A DNA stretch of 64,000 nt from a virus. The DNA lies in the IMG/VR virus record IMGVR_UViG_3300025732_000019. The stretch is one strand, 5' to 3'. Within the stretch, counting starts at the first letter, position 1. Each line of letters begins with the position of its first letter. The position numbers were made by a program, and so were the translations under genes. This document shows, one piece after another, positions 28,950 through 39,292 of the stretch. The notes beneath the pieces were generated by a model that saw only the letters and a program-made list of their open reading frames with translations, had not been told where the DNA came from and made no database searches.

Positions 28950-28975
28950 GAGAGGTACCCCGAAGGGTACCTCTC
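28950..28975 (-). promoter_or_regulatory. 11-bp cUUCGg hairpin between gp19 and gp20, no U-tract
   Basis: GAGAGGTACCC-TTCG-GGGTACCTCTC just upstream of the gp20 SD. Confidence 0.7.
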
Positions 28976-28990
28976 GAATATTATCTCTAC

Positions 28991-29581
28991 TTATCCGACG
29001 GTAACGTCGACCGTCAGAGTCGGGTTATCGCGTGTTGGAATCTGACCCGACACTTCCCACCACTGATAGGTGAACTCGCACGTATACGTTTCAATGGAAT
29101 CATTCGTGCTCCAATCCAGACTAATCGTGCCCAGATTGTTAGGAAACGCACCAATGAAGTTGTAGGTACGAAGACGGTTGCCTTCACGACCGAACTGCGT
29201 CAGCGACAGATCGCTCACAAAGTTACCTGACTGAATGCCGCCACGATACTGCGACGTGGCGGAACGATGCCCTGACATACGATCCATCCACTCTTCGAGT
29301 GCCTTACGAATCGCAAAATTCTCATCGTTCATCACCGTCACACTCAGCGTCGCAAACGTGCGGTCGCCGAGATAGTTCAGCTTCCGACCAAAATACGAAA
29401 CGGGAACCGTTCCAATGGTCGAAGCTGGAATTTCCGACACGCTGACCATGAATCGCGATAGCTGTTCCGCGAGACGGCCAGTCGAAACGCTTGCAGGCCA
29501 ACGAAGTTCCATCTCAAAGAGCGAGGGACGGGCACCGCCGTTGATGAGCGTATTGCGAAACTGATCGAGATTGAATGCCAT
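28991..29581 (-). CDS. gp19: Tail tube protein gp19
   Basis: GGARPSLF, GRKLNYLGDRTF, TVMNDENF, FIGAFP, FTYQWW. Confidence 0.96.
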   Translation of the reverse strand: MAFNLDQFRNTLINGGARPSLFEMELRWPASVSTGRLAEQLSRFMVSVSEIPASTIGTVPVSYFGRKLNYLGDRTFATLSVTVMNDENFAIRKALEEWMDRMSGHRSATSQYRGGIQSGNFVSDLSLTQFGREGNRLRTYNFIGAFPNNLGTISLDWSTNDSIETYTCEFTYQWWEVSGQIPTRDNPTLTVDVTVG

Positions 29582-29622
29582 AACTTGTTATACTCCTTGG
29601 CTGTGGAATGCGGTGTAAGTAC

Positions 29623-31719
29623 TTACACCGCCCCCACGACTTCTTGGAACGAAACGCCTGAACGAACCGCCACGAAATTCAACTGAATGAAGTTGATTGA
29701 ACGTGAAGGCTTCACATAGATGTCACCCACAAACTGATTTGCATCCACCACTGCTGGTGTGTTGTTTGTGGTATCGCACACGACTAAGAAGTCAGTAACG
29801 CCGCGGCGTGCTTTCACATCCCGCAGATACGGCTCCACCACATTCCGGAATGCGGAACGCGTGTACTCGTCGTTGAACTCAAAGAGTTGGCTCTTGGCAT
29901 AGCGTGCAATCGTCTTTTCCAATGCAATGAAGAGACGGCGCACATTGATACGGTCAAACGCACTCGGACGGCTCAGCAACGTCTTATCGCCGTAAAGCAC
30001 GACGCCCTGTCCGGGGAAGCTCACGACAGGATTGACTCCCACCTTGTAGATGTCGTCGCGGTCGGCTTGCTTCGGATTCCACGCCAACTTCACGACGTTC
30101 TTGATATTGCCACGCGTGAACCCTGCGGGTGAGAACCACGGATCGTTGGTCGTATCCGTGCGTGCTGCCAAACCGGCCATGTCGCCGTTGAGCGGCACCC
30201 ACCGATAAACGTCGTTATACTTGTCGTAGGTGTACTTCCACCCGCTATCCATCACCGCGTAGCTGCTTGAAGGCAGATCGTTACGATCTCCAATCACGTC
30301 ATCCACTTCGTTGTCTGCGTTGTCGACCACGCTAGCCTTGAGCGGTGAAACGAACACCACGCAATCCTTGCGAACTTCTGCAATGTTGCTGATGAGGTAT
30401 CCAGCGGTAGCCATTGACGCGGGGCCCGCTGCGAGTAACGAGATGTCGTACTGATCCGCATCTGCGAACAGATCGTACGCAGTCTGCACTTCACCCGCAC
30501 TGATCACTTCGTTCGCGTCGTTGCCGCCATCAAGCGACTTCGTGTATGGCAATACCGCAGCACCGAACGTCAGACCCGTTGAGGGTGAACCCCAGTTGGT
30601 TGTGGTGCCCACGTGACCCATCCACCATACGTATGCAGACTGACGGTTGAGCACGTTTGCGTAGTAGTTGGAATCGCCATTGAGCGTCTTTGCATCCGAT
30701 GCCTTTGACAGGAACGCAAAACGCTCAAGCACGGTACCGGGAACGCCTGTAAACAGACCGTCTTGGTCGACGACAACCGCGTGCAGTTCATCTGTCGATC
30801 CGCTGCGAGCCGTAGCCCAATCACTTGTACCCGGCGCCGCATCAAACAGTGAGTTATATTCCCACTTGCGCGACCAGTTACCTGTCGTGAATGAACCCGT
30901 ATCGTCTGCAGCTTCTGCGAGCGTCAATGCCGTGTTGCTCGCGACGGATGACACTTGATATGACTTTCCGTTCGCCACAATGTAATCACCAGCAAGCAGT
31001 TCGCCGGAAAACAATGTGCCTGAGCCAGACACGCTGGTGCTATCCGCAGTCAGCGAAAGTGTGCCCGTAAGGCCACTGTTGCTAAATGCGCCAGCACTGG
31101 GGCACAGACTCACTTTGAGTGAGTTGCCAAGATCGCCCGGCCATTTTGCGGATGCAAGGCCATATCCGGAAGCACCTGACGCGTAGTTGTTGTCGTGATC
31201 CGCATCATTCTGCACCAGCACGCCATACGCGGCGACTGTTGCACTTGACACAGCATTCGACAGCGCCGACGTCACCGTCAGCGAGGTGTTGCTGGCAATA
31301 GAGTTGACAGTAGCTTCCACGCTACCGGCCAATACGATCTTCTGACCAACTTTCAGTTCTGTCTGAAAGAGTGTCCCGGTGCCTGTCAATGCAGTCGCAC
31401 TAGAATTCGCAACAGTACCTGTCAGCGTCTTGAATGCGGCAGTTGCATTCAGTGCTCGCGCACTCAGCGCACGCACCACTTTTAACTGGTTGGAATACGA
31501 CAGAAACGACTGCGCAGTGAACCAGTATTCGTAGACGTTTGTATCTGGTTTGCCAAACTTACGCACCAAGTCTTCTTCCGAACTAACATTGATAACATCG
31601 AGGCCTGGGCCCCACTGAAACGGGCCAGCAAAACCACCTGCGGAAAGAGAAACTGCTTGAACGCCAGCGGTCAGATCAATTTCTGAAATGTTGACGCCCG
31701 GCGAAACTTGAAATGCCAT
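29623..31719 (-). CDS. gp18: Tail sheath protein gp18
   Basis: SPGVNISEIDLT, PWFSPAGFTRG, GDKTL, FDRINVRRLF, KPSRSINFIQLNF. Confidence 0.98.
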   Translation of the reverse strand: MAFQVSPGVNISEIDLTAGVQAVSLSAGGFAGPFQWGPGLDVINVSSEEDLVRKFGKPDTNVYEYWFTAQSFLSYSNQLKVVRALSARALNATAAFKTLTGTVANSSATALTGTGTLFQTELKVGQKIVLAGSVEATVNSIASNTSLTVTSALSNAVSSATVAAYGVLVQNDADHDNNYASGASGYGLASAKWPGDLGNSLKVSLCPSAGAFSNSGLTGTLSLTADSTSVSGSGTLFSGELLAGDYIVANGKSYQVSSVASNTALTLAEAADDTGSFTTGNWSRKWEYNSLFDAAPGTSDWATARSGSTDELHAVVVDQDGLFTGVPGTVLERFAFLSKASDAKTLNGDSNYYANVLNRQSAYVWWMGHVGTTTNWGSPSTGLTFGAAVLPYTKSLDGGNDANEVISAGEVQTAYDLFADADQYDISLLAAGPASMATAGYLISNIAEVRKDCVVFVSPLKASVVDNADNEVDDVIGDRNDLPSSSYAVMDSGWKYTYDKYNDVYRWVPLNGDMAGLAARTDTTNDPWFSPAGFTRGNIKNVVKLAWNPKQADRDDIYKVGVNPVVSFPGQGVVLYGDKTLLSRPSAFDRINVRRLFIALEKTIARYAKSQLFEFNDEYTRSAFRNVVEPYLRDVKARRGVTDFLVVCDTTNNTPAVVDANQFVGDIYVKPSRSINFIQLNFVAVRSGVSFQEVVGAV

Positions 31720-31792
31720 AGAACATTCTCCTAATATGGAGTAAGTGACTGAAATAAGCCGTTGTTATGCGGCGACATGGTTATTTAGGGAT

Positions 31793-33454
31793 TTACGTTT
31801 TCCAGAAATCCGTATCCTCCACCACCGCATATCGTGACGATGTTGCATCTTCCCATGTGACTTCTGGTTGTACATCAAAAAACCCTATAAACGGTTCCTC
31901 CAGCGTAACGGGTTCCGCTTGGTTCATGAGCATGCGACGCATCGACAGACCCACATAATTTTCAAATCCACTTTGTGCCGTCAACCATCCGAGAATCACC
32001 AGCGTCATCACACAGTCGTCATGTGCGCCTTCTTCCGCTTGATAGGTGCCGCCTTTCGCGACAAATGTCGTGAGTTCTCGAAGTGTTTGGTAATCCGTAA
32101 TCAGCAATTGATCCCGTTCAATCATCGCACGAAGTTGCGCACACCCAATACGTTTCGTCGCTTGCGTCATGCGCAATCCCATACGCGCTTTGGGATTGAA
32201 CCCCCCTCCAAGCATTTGCCCTTTTTTGGGATGTGAGCGCACATAGATCATGTTCTCATACTCTAATTCTGTGTGCAGCGAATCCGCGACCGTCAACCCC
32301 ACGTCATTGATTTCCACGAGCACGAACGCATTGCAATAGTATTGGCCGATTTGTTTGACTAGGGGTGCTAACAACTGCGGTGCCAAATTGTTTCGTCGAA
32401 ACATCGCGACTTGACGAAACGGCGCGACTGAAATATCGAAGACGCTAATGGCCGCATAGTCTTGTTCGTGCCCTTGCGACGTATCGACAGTCATGACATA
32501 GACATGCGCGGGATCCCGTTCGTCAGCGCGAATGGGTTTGACGTAGATCTTGAGATCGCCTCGATCTTCCACAGGCGTCATATACGTCATCTGTGAGAGT
32601 TTATAGCCCGGAATCAGCGTGTTTGCGGATCCTTGGAACGAGCATTCAAACTCTTGCTGGAATGCCTGCTCACCAAGATTCTTGCGCATTTCCTCGGCCC
32701 ATTGCTCGTCGCGACCGGGCACATCACGCCACGTAAACCCAATCGTCTTATAGGTATTACGTTTTTCTTCCGAATCATTCCAAATCTTGTAAAACAGATT
32801 GTATCCGTTTGGTGTGCTAATGACGAACAACTTCGTCGTCTTACCAGACGAGATTGCCGGAAACACGGAGGTCATGAACTCACCCGCAATGTTTTCAGGC
32901 ACGTGCGCAAACTCATCGAGGAACAGAATGTTGAACGTGTCGCCGCGGATGGCGCTGGCACTGGTGCTTTCCGCACGTACGCGGGAGTTGTTCGCGAGCA
33001 TGATGAGCTTCTGATCCCACTTGAGAATGCCTTGCTTTAGGAAGTTGGGCAGATACTCATACGACTGCTTCAATCGGCGCAACAGCTCAATCGCAGTGTT
33101 TTCTTTATTCGCAAGAATGCCAACACTTACATCCGGATGAAAGGTAATGAACCAGAGAAAATATCCACACACCACGACGGTCGATTTTCCCGACTGACGC
33201 GCCATCTTGCAGATAACGAATCGGTTGTTTTCGAAGACGTCGATGATGCTCTCTTGGAACGGCCACATCTTGAACGGCACGATACCATGATCGACGTGCA
33301 CGATCTTAACGTAGTTATTGATGAAGTAGAACGGGTCGTTCGCGCATTTCACATACTCTTCAAGTTCTGCTTGTGTAAGCGAGACTTGTTCGTTGGGAAG
33401 CGGCAGGTTGGGGTTCCCGTTATACCCCTTTTCAGAGCGGGTACTCTTAGGCAT
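31793..33454 (-). CDS. gp17: Terminase large subunit gp17
   Basis: YNGNPNL, RQSGKST, FLDEFAHV, STPNGYN, HDDCVM. Confidence 0.98.
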   Translation of the reverse strand: MPKSTRSEKGYNGNPNLPLPNEQVSLTQAELEEYVKCANDPFYFINNYVKIVHVDHGIVPFKMWPFQESIIDVFENNRFVICKMARQSGKSTVVVCGYFLWFITFHPDVSVGILANKENTAIELLRRLKQSYEYLPNFLKQGILKWDQKLIMLANNSRVRAESTSASAIRGDTFNILFLDEFAHVPENIAGEFMTSVFPAISSGKTTKLFVISTPNGYNLFYKIWNDSEEKRNTYKTIGFTWRDVPGRDEQWAEEMRKNLGEQAFQQEFECSFQGSANTLIPGYKLSQMTYMTPVEDRGDLKIYVKPIRADERDPAHVYVMTVDTSQGHEQDYAAISVFDISVAPFRQVAMFRRNNLAPQLLAPLVKQIGQYYCNAFVLVEINDVGLTVADSLHTELEYENMIYVRSHPKKGQMLGGGFNPKARMGLRMTQATKRIGCAQLRAMIERDQLLITDYQTLRELTTFVAKGGTYQAEEGAHDDCVMTLVILGWLTAQSGFENYVGLSMRRMLMNQAEPVTLEEPFIGFFDVQPEVTWEDATSSRYAVVEDTDFWKT

Positions 33455-33464
33455 ATGCGTTCAC

Positions 33465-33914
33465 TTACTTAGTGTCTTTTTGGATAGAACGAAGCTCTCG
33501 TAACAAATCAGCAGCGCGTCCGACAAACACAGCTTTTTCGATTGTGACGTTGCTTTCGTTTTGATCCGTTTTGACTTCTGTAGAGGCGTCTTTTCGTGCT
33601 TTATGCAAATGCACTAGTTCTTTGTTCGCATTGACAATAGCGGTGAGCATCGTGGCGACGACTTCATACGCTCGCGGGCTGTCCCCACTCTGCGCTAACA
33701 AAATGGCGCTTTTTGCCGCTTCCTTGACATCATTGATGCTATCGGTGATCGTGGTGCGGGCATATTGAAAATCTTTTTCTAACGCACCATTCGGAGGGGC
33801 CTCGACGGGTTCTGCCACCACAAGTTCAGTCGATGTCGTAGTCGCGAGCGCCGTCGATGCATTGGCCACTAACGTGGGTTCGACATCAAATATTTCATCT
33901 AATTGTTTCGTCAT
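33465..33914 (-). CDS. gp16: Terminase small subunit gp16
   Basis: DFQYAR, SPRAYEV, AVFVG..ADL. Confidence 0.9.
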   Translation of the reverse strand: MTKQLDEIFDVEPTLVANASTALATTTSTELVVAEPVEAPPNGALEKDFQYARTTITDSINDVKEAAKSAILLAQSGDSPRAYEVVATMLTAIVNANKELVHLHKARKDASTEVKTDQNESNVTIEKAVFVGRAADLLRELRSIQKDTK

Positions 33915-33916
33915 AC

Positions 33917-34717
33917 CTAATCAGGTTCGTATGTGAAGTCTTCCGTAATCGTCGTATTCGACGTAATCGTTGTTGACGTACTGTTGATCGTCTGATTCGC
34001 GGGATCCGCTTGCACCGTGATCGTCACCTTTGGCAGCGTGTTCGCATTCGGTGCTGACAGATCTTCATACGGAGAGTTATACAGATTGACGATGACTTCT
34101 TCGATACGCTTACTATCCTTGACTGGGCCATAAAAGAACACCTTCATCGAAAATTCCAGTGTCCAGATAATGACGCGGCGCGTGACAAAATCGCCTTCAT
34201 AATTATCCGAATGTGACACGCTTTGCAGCGTAATCGGCACCACATCAACAAGATCCGGATAGTTCGCTAACGGTCGAACAGCAATCGTATAATCGGGAGT
34301 GAAGAATGGAAGAATCTGTTCAACAATCTGCATACCATCCTGTTGCAGTTTTGTCAAGACGGAAAGCGTCATCGTTAGCGTATACGGCACCCCGACATAC
34401 AATTTTGCTAACTTATGTTCTTCATTGCTGTTGAACTTGAGATTATTGAGCGTGTTCATCTTCCGCGACGGATCGTATGCGATATTCGACAACTCATACG
34501 AAATGCGCGGCACGACTTGTGCCACACCACGCAGAAATTCTGGATCTTGCGTGAGTCGCGTCAACCATCGCTCTTTGGGGCCGTATTCTAACGGCACCTG
34601 TTCACGAAACGTCTCGGCGCCGCTTTCATTCTCACGGGTAATCGTGATGCTGTCAAACAGTGACCCAAACGCTAACAGATAGCGACGGAGAAGAAGATGC
34701 TTGAAATGCGTGTGCAT
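33917..34717 (-). CDS. gp15: Tail sheath stabiliser / completion gp15
   Basis: FGSLF, VPLEYGPKE, QIVEQILPFFTP, DNYEGDF..RR.IIWTL. Confidence 0.95.
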   Translation of the reverse strand: MHTHFKHLLLRRYLLAFGSLFDSITITRENESGAETFREQVPLEYGPKERWLTRLTQDPEFLRGVAQVVPRISYELSNIAYDPSRKMNTLNNLKFNSNEEHKLAKLYVGVPYTLTMTLSVLTKLQQDGMQIVEQILPFFTPDYTIAVRPLANYPDLVDVVPITLQSVSHSDNYEGDFVTRRVIIWTLEFSMKVFFYGPVKDSKRIEEVIVNLYNSPYEDLSAPNANTLPKVTITVQADPANQTINSTSTTITSNTTITEDFTYEPD

Positions 34718-34720
34718 ATG

Positions 34721-35593
34721 CTAATCGTCTAACATGTGTGTGCCGCGAGTGACAACGACACCCAAGGGATTGCCTTGCAAGAACTCGTTGTCGCTGATCG
34801 GATCGTGAATCGTCGGTGCCGTATTCGGTGTGGTATTGCTGACGACCCATGCCGCGTTACTGTTCGCACCACGTACCGTGGTGACATTCGCGAAGGTGCC
34901 CGTGATCTGCTGCACCAAGAGCGTGCGCGTATTCGCTGTCCATTGATAGACTTCGCCCGTCGCTGTCGCGGATGCAAGGTTCGCACCTTGATAGGCAGTT
35001 TCACCAATCGTGAAGGTACCATTTCCGCCCGCGTTCATGACGAGCGCAATCGTGTATGCATCACGTGAGGCGACAGCATCGACATCAGTATTGCCAGTGT
35101 TGACGACTTCGTTCGTGAAGTTCATCATCTCACACCGAAGCTCATAGGTGTAAAGTTTACCTAACTGGAACAGTTCTTCTTTGTTTTCCACAAATCGGAT
35201 TTCAAACAAATACCGATTTGTCGGCGTCATCTGAATATAGATAAGATCATTTTCGCGAGGTCGCACAATCGTTGCATCACCTGCCGTCACCGTATTTGCA
35301 AACCGTCGCTGCGACACAACGAGTGTGATCTGATCTTCGATGTGTAACCCGAATTTGCTGATGAACTCAGATTGACCCGTAAATGCTTCGTACGACTTGA
35401 CGTACATCTCGACTTCAATCGCATCTTGAAAGTTCGCTAGTGGATCTTCGCCCAGAAACGCATCGATGTTGCCTTCAGAACGCGGCAAGTAGTAGACGTT
35501 GTGGCCGTAGATCTGAATGGATTCATCAATCAGATCGGCGACCAAATTTTGCTCTGTAGCAAATGTCGTCTGATTAAAATAGGGATTGATCAT
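34721..35593 (-). CDS. gp14: Neck protein gp14
   Basis: EQNLVADLIDESIQIYG, SKFGL, RPRENDLIY, FQLGK. Confidence 0.95.
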   Translation of the reverse strand: MINPYFNQTTFATEQNLVADLIDESIQIYGHNVYYLPRSEGNIDAFLGEDPLANFQDAIEVEMYVKSYEAFTGQSEFISKFGLHIEDQITLVVSQRRFANTVTAGDATIVRPRENDLIYIQMTPTNRYLFEIRFVENKEELFQLGKLYTYELRCEMMNFTNEVVNTGNTDVDAVASRDAYTIALVMNAGGNGTFTIGETAYQGANLASATATGEVYQWTANTRTLLVQQITGTFANVTTVRGANSNAAWVVSNTTPNTAPTIHDPISDNEFLQGNPLGVVVTRGTHMLDD

Positions 35594-35599
35594 GACGGT

Positions 35600-36613
35600 T
35601 TAGCCAACAATAAACTGCGGCGGTTCCTGAAACTCTGTGCGCACTTGTTCTTCCAAATCGCGAATTTCCTGTTGCGCTTCTGACAGAATCGCACGACCGT
35701 CAAGATTCACTCCGCCGGGTAATGCGATGCCCGTGTACTTGGAAAGATTCAACCCCCATTGACGCTTGATCAAGGATGTGGCATACCGCTGCAACCACCG
35801 ATCACTCCATACATCGGTATACGCTGCGGGGTCGATGGTGCGATACCCTTCAAGCACAATGTGCTGACCGGGCGCGAATGTTGCATACCAGTTCACATCG
35901 ACGTAGAGACGATTCATGTGTCGTGAGAAGCGCACCGATGGCCGACCACGGAATGTGTCGTTCAGCAACTGCTGATACGAACGACCAATGTGATACGGGA
36001 TGATTGAATTGGAGGTGAAGTTCGACAACAGCGAGATATTGAACTGCGACTGCGGGTCGAACAGAATATCCGCAGAGATGCGCGAATCGAACGGGGGAAA
36101 TACCTTTGTAATGCCAATCACCGAATCGACAACGGGAAACCATTTGTTGTCCATGTCGCCAAACGTCACACCGTTGGCTGCCACAGTACCAGTCGCGCCC
36201 GATTGCTTGCCCAGAACAACTTCTCCCGCCACAAACGTCTTGCGAGCGGTATCACTGTAACTATCTGTGGTCGCAGCGCCGGTATTGGATGAGGCGACCG
36301 TAAAGAAAATAATGGAAGTTGAATTGACGGTACGCGTGACGATGCCTTGCACGTTTGACGTTTGACCGACAATCATTTCACTATTGGTAAAGGTTCCCGT
36401 GGTCGCTCCGGTAAACAGTAGTGTGCTGCCCGTTACCTCATGGCGCATATACGTCTTGACCACCGCATCCATGTGATACTGCTGATAGACGTATAGCGAC
36501 TCATCGATGCGATCTTCCACTTGCGCATCAGAGACGTTGATCTGAAGTACACCATCGCCAAGAGCGCGAAGGCAATACGATTTGAAATCGTTACGTGTAG
36601 TTGGAATGGCCAT
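35600..36613 (-). CDS. gp13: Neck protein gp13
   Basis: YCLRALG...INV...QVEDRID, WLQRYATSLIKRQWGLNLSKY, LPGGV. Confidence 0.95.
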   Translation of the reverse strand: MAIPTTRNDFKSYCLRALGDGVLQINVSDAQVEDRIDESLYVYQQYHMDAVVKTYMRHEVTGSTLLFTGATTGTFTNSEMIVGQTSNVQGIVTRTVNSTSIIFFTVASSNTGAATTDSYSDTARKTFVAGEVVLGKQSGATGTVAANGVTFGDMDNKWFPVVDSVIGITKVFPPFDSRISADILFDPQSQFNISLLSNFTSNSIIPYHIGRSYQQLLNDTFRGRPSVRFSRHMNRLYVDVNWYATFAPGQHIVLEGYRTIDPAAYTDVWSDRWLQRYATSLIKRQWGLNLSKYTGIALPGGVNLDGRAILSEAQQEIRDLEEQVRTEFQEPPQFIVG

Positions 36614-36619
36614 AAAAGG

Positions 36620-37975
36620 TTACGAAGCCCATTTATTGGTACCGACAGGCAGCACGAGGCGGCCTCCGGTGCTATCGAAACGTGCAATCGCATTGACACT
36701 GACATTCGCTCGCAAATCCGCGGCCCCCAATACGGCGAGTGTGCTATTGAGTGTGGTGGCGCCTGTGACCCCGAATGTACTCAGCGCATTGACTGCGCCT
36801 GTCACGCCCAAGGTACTCAGCGCATTGACTGCGCCTGTCACACCGAAAGTGCTCAATGCATTCACCGCGCCGGTCACGGATGCGGTATTGCTGAACGTGG
36901 CCGCCCCGGTAATACTTGCGGTTCCACCTATCGTCACATTACCGAATAGCGAATTGCCTACGACGTGTAACGGAGATGTGGGTGAACTGATATTCACGCC
37001 GACACGGTTGTTGACGGTATCGACAAACAAGACGTTGCTATCAACCGCGACGTTACTGGTAAATGACGCCACACCCGTCACATTGACGGTATCACTGAAT
37101 GTGGCGGCGCCAGACACAGATAATGTCGTGCTGGTGCCTGCAGGTGCCGCCAATAACCGCCAACGACCTGTGGCTGTGGTGTACAATAGCGGAATTGAAC
37201 CACCGGGTGGCACGTCAACATCTTGGTTGGAGACAGTCTTGAATCGGTTCAGGGCGCTCGATGACGGGTCTTCACTCTTGAGCGTAATCTTATAGGAACC
37301 GGATAGGTTCTGAAGGTATAGTACTTTAGCACCGATAGACAGGTTTGTGGGAGCGACAATACCCGTCAGAATAATATTCTGCGTATCCGGATTCATGTGC
37401 ACGACTTGCGCATCGTGCAATCCACTGGGATTGTAATTGTCGTATTGTGCTGACGACACGGTAGCCGCAATAACTGCTCCACTTTCGCTGAACAGAATTG
37501 ACCGCATGTAGGCGGTGTTCGATGCCACCAGATTGTTCGCAACGGAAACGTTGCTTGCAAATGATGCAACATTACCGATTGTCAGTGGCCCAGATGCGGT
37601 AAATGTGACCGCACCATTAAATGTGGCGGCAGCATTCACCGATAGCGGGCTGGCGTTAACGACGGTTCCACCGGGCGACTGGAATAGTGTCGTATTCGCG
37701 GACACACTGACGACCAGCGCGGAACTATTGACAGAGACGTTGGCGCCAAATGTCGAGTTTCCCGCAAGAAAAAGACCACTCAAGTTCGCGAGCGTTTTTC
37801 CGCCATTAAGCGACAGACTCGTATTTGTATGGGAAGAATTACCAATCGTGAAGGCACCGATAGCATTGCCGCCCACAACGACGGTATTGCTATTCAAAAG
37901 ATCAATAACCGTATTGGTACGGGTGACCCATGTGCGGAACGTATCGGTAGTTTGTATCGGTGTAATCAGTGGCAT
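36620..37975 (-). CDS. Fibre/whisker-like virion protein at the wac position
   Basis: N-terminal DTFRTWVTRTN motif, beta-rich repeats, immediately upstream of gp13, own late promoter. Confidence 0.65.
   Translation of the reverse strand: MPLITPIQTTDTFRTWVTRTNTVIDLLNSNTVVVGGNAIGAFTIGNSSHTNTSLSLNGGKTLANLSGLFLAGNSTFGANVSVNSSALVVSVSANTTLFQSPGGTVVNASPLSVNAAATFNGAVTFTASGPLTIGNVASFASNVSVANNLVASNTAYMRSILFSESGAVIAATVSSAQYDNYNPSGLHDAQVVHMNPDTQNIILTGIVAPTNLSIGAKVLYLQNLSGSYKITLKSEDPSSSALNRFKTVSNQDVDVPPGGSIPLLYTTATGRWRLLAAPAGTSTTLSVSGAATFSDTVNVTGVASFTSNVAVDSNVLFVDTVNNRVGVNISSPTSPLHVVGNSLFGNVTIGGTASITGAATFSNTASVTGAVNALSTFGVTGAVNALSTLGVTGAVNALSTFGVTGATTLNSTLAVLGAADLRANVSVNAIARFDSTGGRLVLPVGTNKWAS
36759..36877 (-). 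repeat. About 3.3 x 36-bp in-frame tandem repeat (VTGAVNALSTFG)
   Basis: Visible in both DNA and translation. Confidence 0.85.
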
Positions 37976-37987
37976 AGATGTCTATAT

Positions 37988-39292
37988 TTAGGTAAAAGTT
38001 GTCATGACTCCCATTTCCACGTTCGGTGTACGAATCAGGGGCGCGGGTGTGCCCACATGATATTGTTCACACAAGGTGCGCACGTCGATTTTTGCTTGCC
38101 AATCACTATAGCAATATGGAAACTGATATGGTATTTCTCGAATCCACGCCGCAACATTACTTGCGTCTGACGGAGACATTTCCGTCAGACGTGCAGGATT
38201 AAACAGCACCGCTGTAGGGTTCCAGTCGCGCCATGTGCCGTCTTGAATACGAGCCGCAGTAAACCGTGCTGTCGGAGAAATCGGATGTTGGGCACGATGA
38301 ATCGCGTCAGCGTTCGTATCCACTCCCGCAATACGAATATCTGGTCTATATATAGTTAGTCGTCGCAGCAGATGCCCATTTCCGCATCCGAGATCCAACA
38401 CACGTGCCTGCTCCGGTAATTGCGTCGCTAACGCAGGGATCATATCTTCGTGAGTCGTACGCATGCCTTCTGCAGACGAAAATTGATTATCCTTCCATAG
38501 CGTCTTTCGAACACGCTCATAGTGCCCCGTACGAAAGAACTGCTGTTTCTGCGGCGTCCAGTCGCTGCGTGTTGAGATCTTCAACGCAGGTGTGACGATC
38601 TCCGCAATACCAAATAGTCGTGACCACTTTAGCGGCCATGACAAGACTTCACGAATGGTGTGCATCTCCTCACGGTATCCATGTGCGCAACCCAAATCAA
38701 ACATCGCGTGACCGATGCGTTGCGACGCGTCGCACGTATAGGAACACGGCATATGCGACACCAAACGCAGGCCCATCCAGCGCAATAGGGTGCTCGCGTA
38801 GGGGTCGCTATTCGGATGCGCACCCTCGCGTGTTTGTTCCCACGTGCTATCGACACGACCCGCGCCCCATGTGGCATCATACGCGTCTCGGCAGCAGGCG
38901 GGATAGCCTAAGAGTTCGCCATACTGCGCATCGGTTTGTGGAAACGCCCGGTCATAGTATTGCGGGTTCAAATACAAAACCCGATAGACGAATTTTCCAT
39001 CGCGAATGGGTTGAGAGGTGCTGCTATACGAAGAGGCAACACCTACGGTAGTTTGTGGTACGCATAGAATGTTATGCCGCGCAGCCCAGCGGGTGGCCTC
39101 AATAAGACCATCGGAAGGAACATTCTGAAACGCGGCGGGTCGCAGACCGTGCACAACAGCCAATCGTTCGACATCTTGATACGCATTACTCGCACGCGTG
39201 AACAATGGTTGCCACCACTCGCGTTCATCAGCACTGCGCCATGACCATCGTGTCCAATCCGGGAGTACCGGAACATTATCTCTTGTTGACAT
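37988..39292 (-). CDS. Cys-motif domain fused to class I SAM-dependent methyltransferase (434 aa)
   Basis: LLGYPACC and SHMPCSYTC motifs; C-terminal VLDLGCGNG and GVD; GGAG RBS before ATG 39292, overlapping the rSAM end. Confidence 0.75.
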   Translation of the reverse strand: MSTRDNVPVLPDWTRWSWRSADEREWWQPLFTRASNAYQDVERLAVVHGLRPAAFQNVPSDGLIEATRWAARHNILCVPQTTVGVASSYSSTSQPIRDGKFVYRVLYLNPQYYDRAFPQTDAQYGELLGYPACCRDAYDATWGAGRVDSTWEQTREGAHPNSDPYASTLLRWMGLRLVSHMPCSYTCDASQRIGHAMFDLGCAHGYREEMHTIREVLSWPLKWSRLFGIAEIVTPALKISTRSDWTPQKQQFFRTGHYERVRKTLWKDNQFSSAEGMRTTHEDMIPALATQLPEQARVLDLGCGNGHLLRRLTIYRPDIRIAGVDTNADAIHRAQHPISPTARFTAARIQDGTWRDWNPTAVLFNPARLTEMSPSDASNVAAWIREIPYQFPYCYSDWQAKIDVRTLCEQYHVGTPAPLIRTPNVEMGVMTTFT

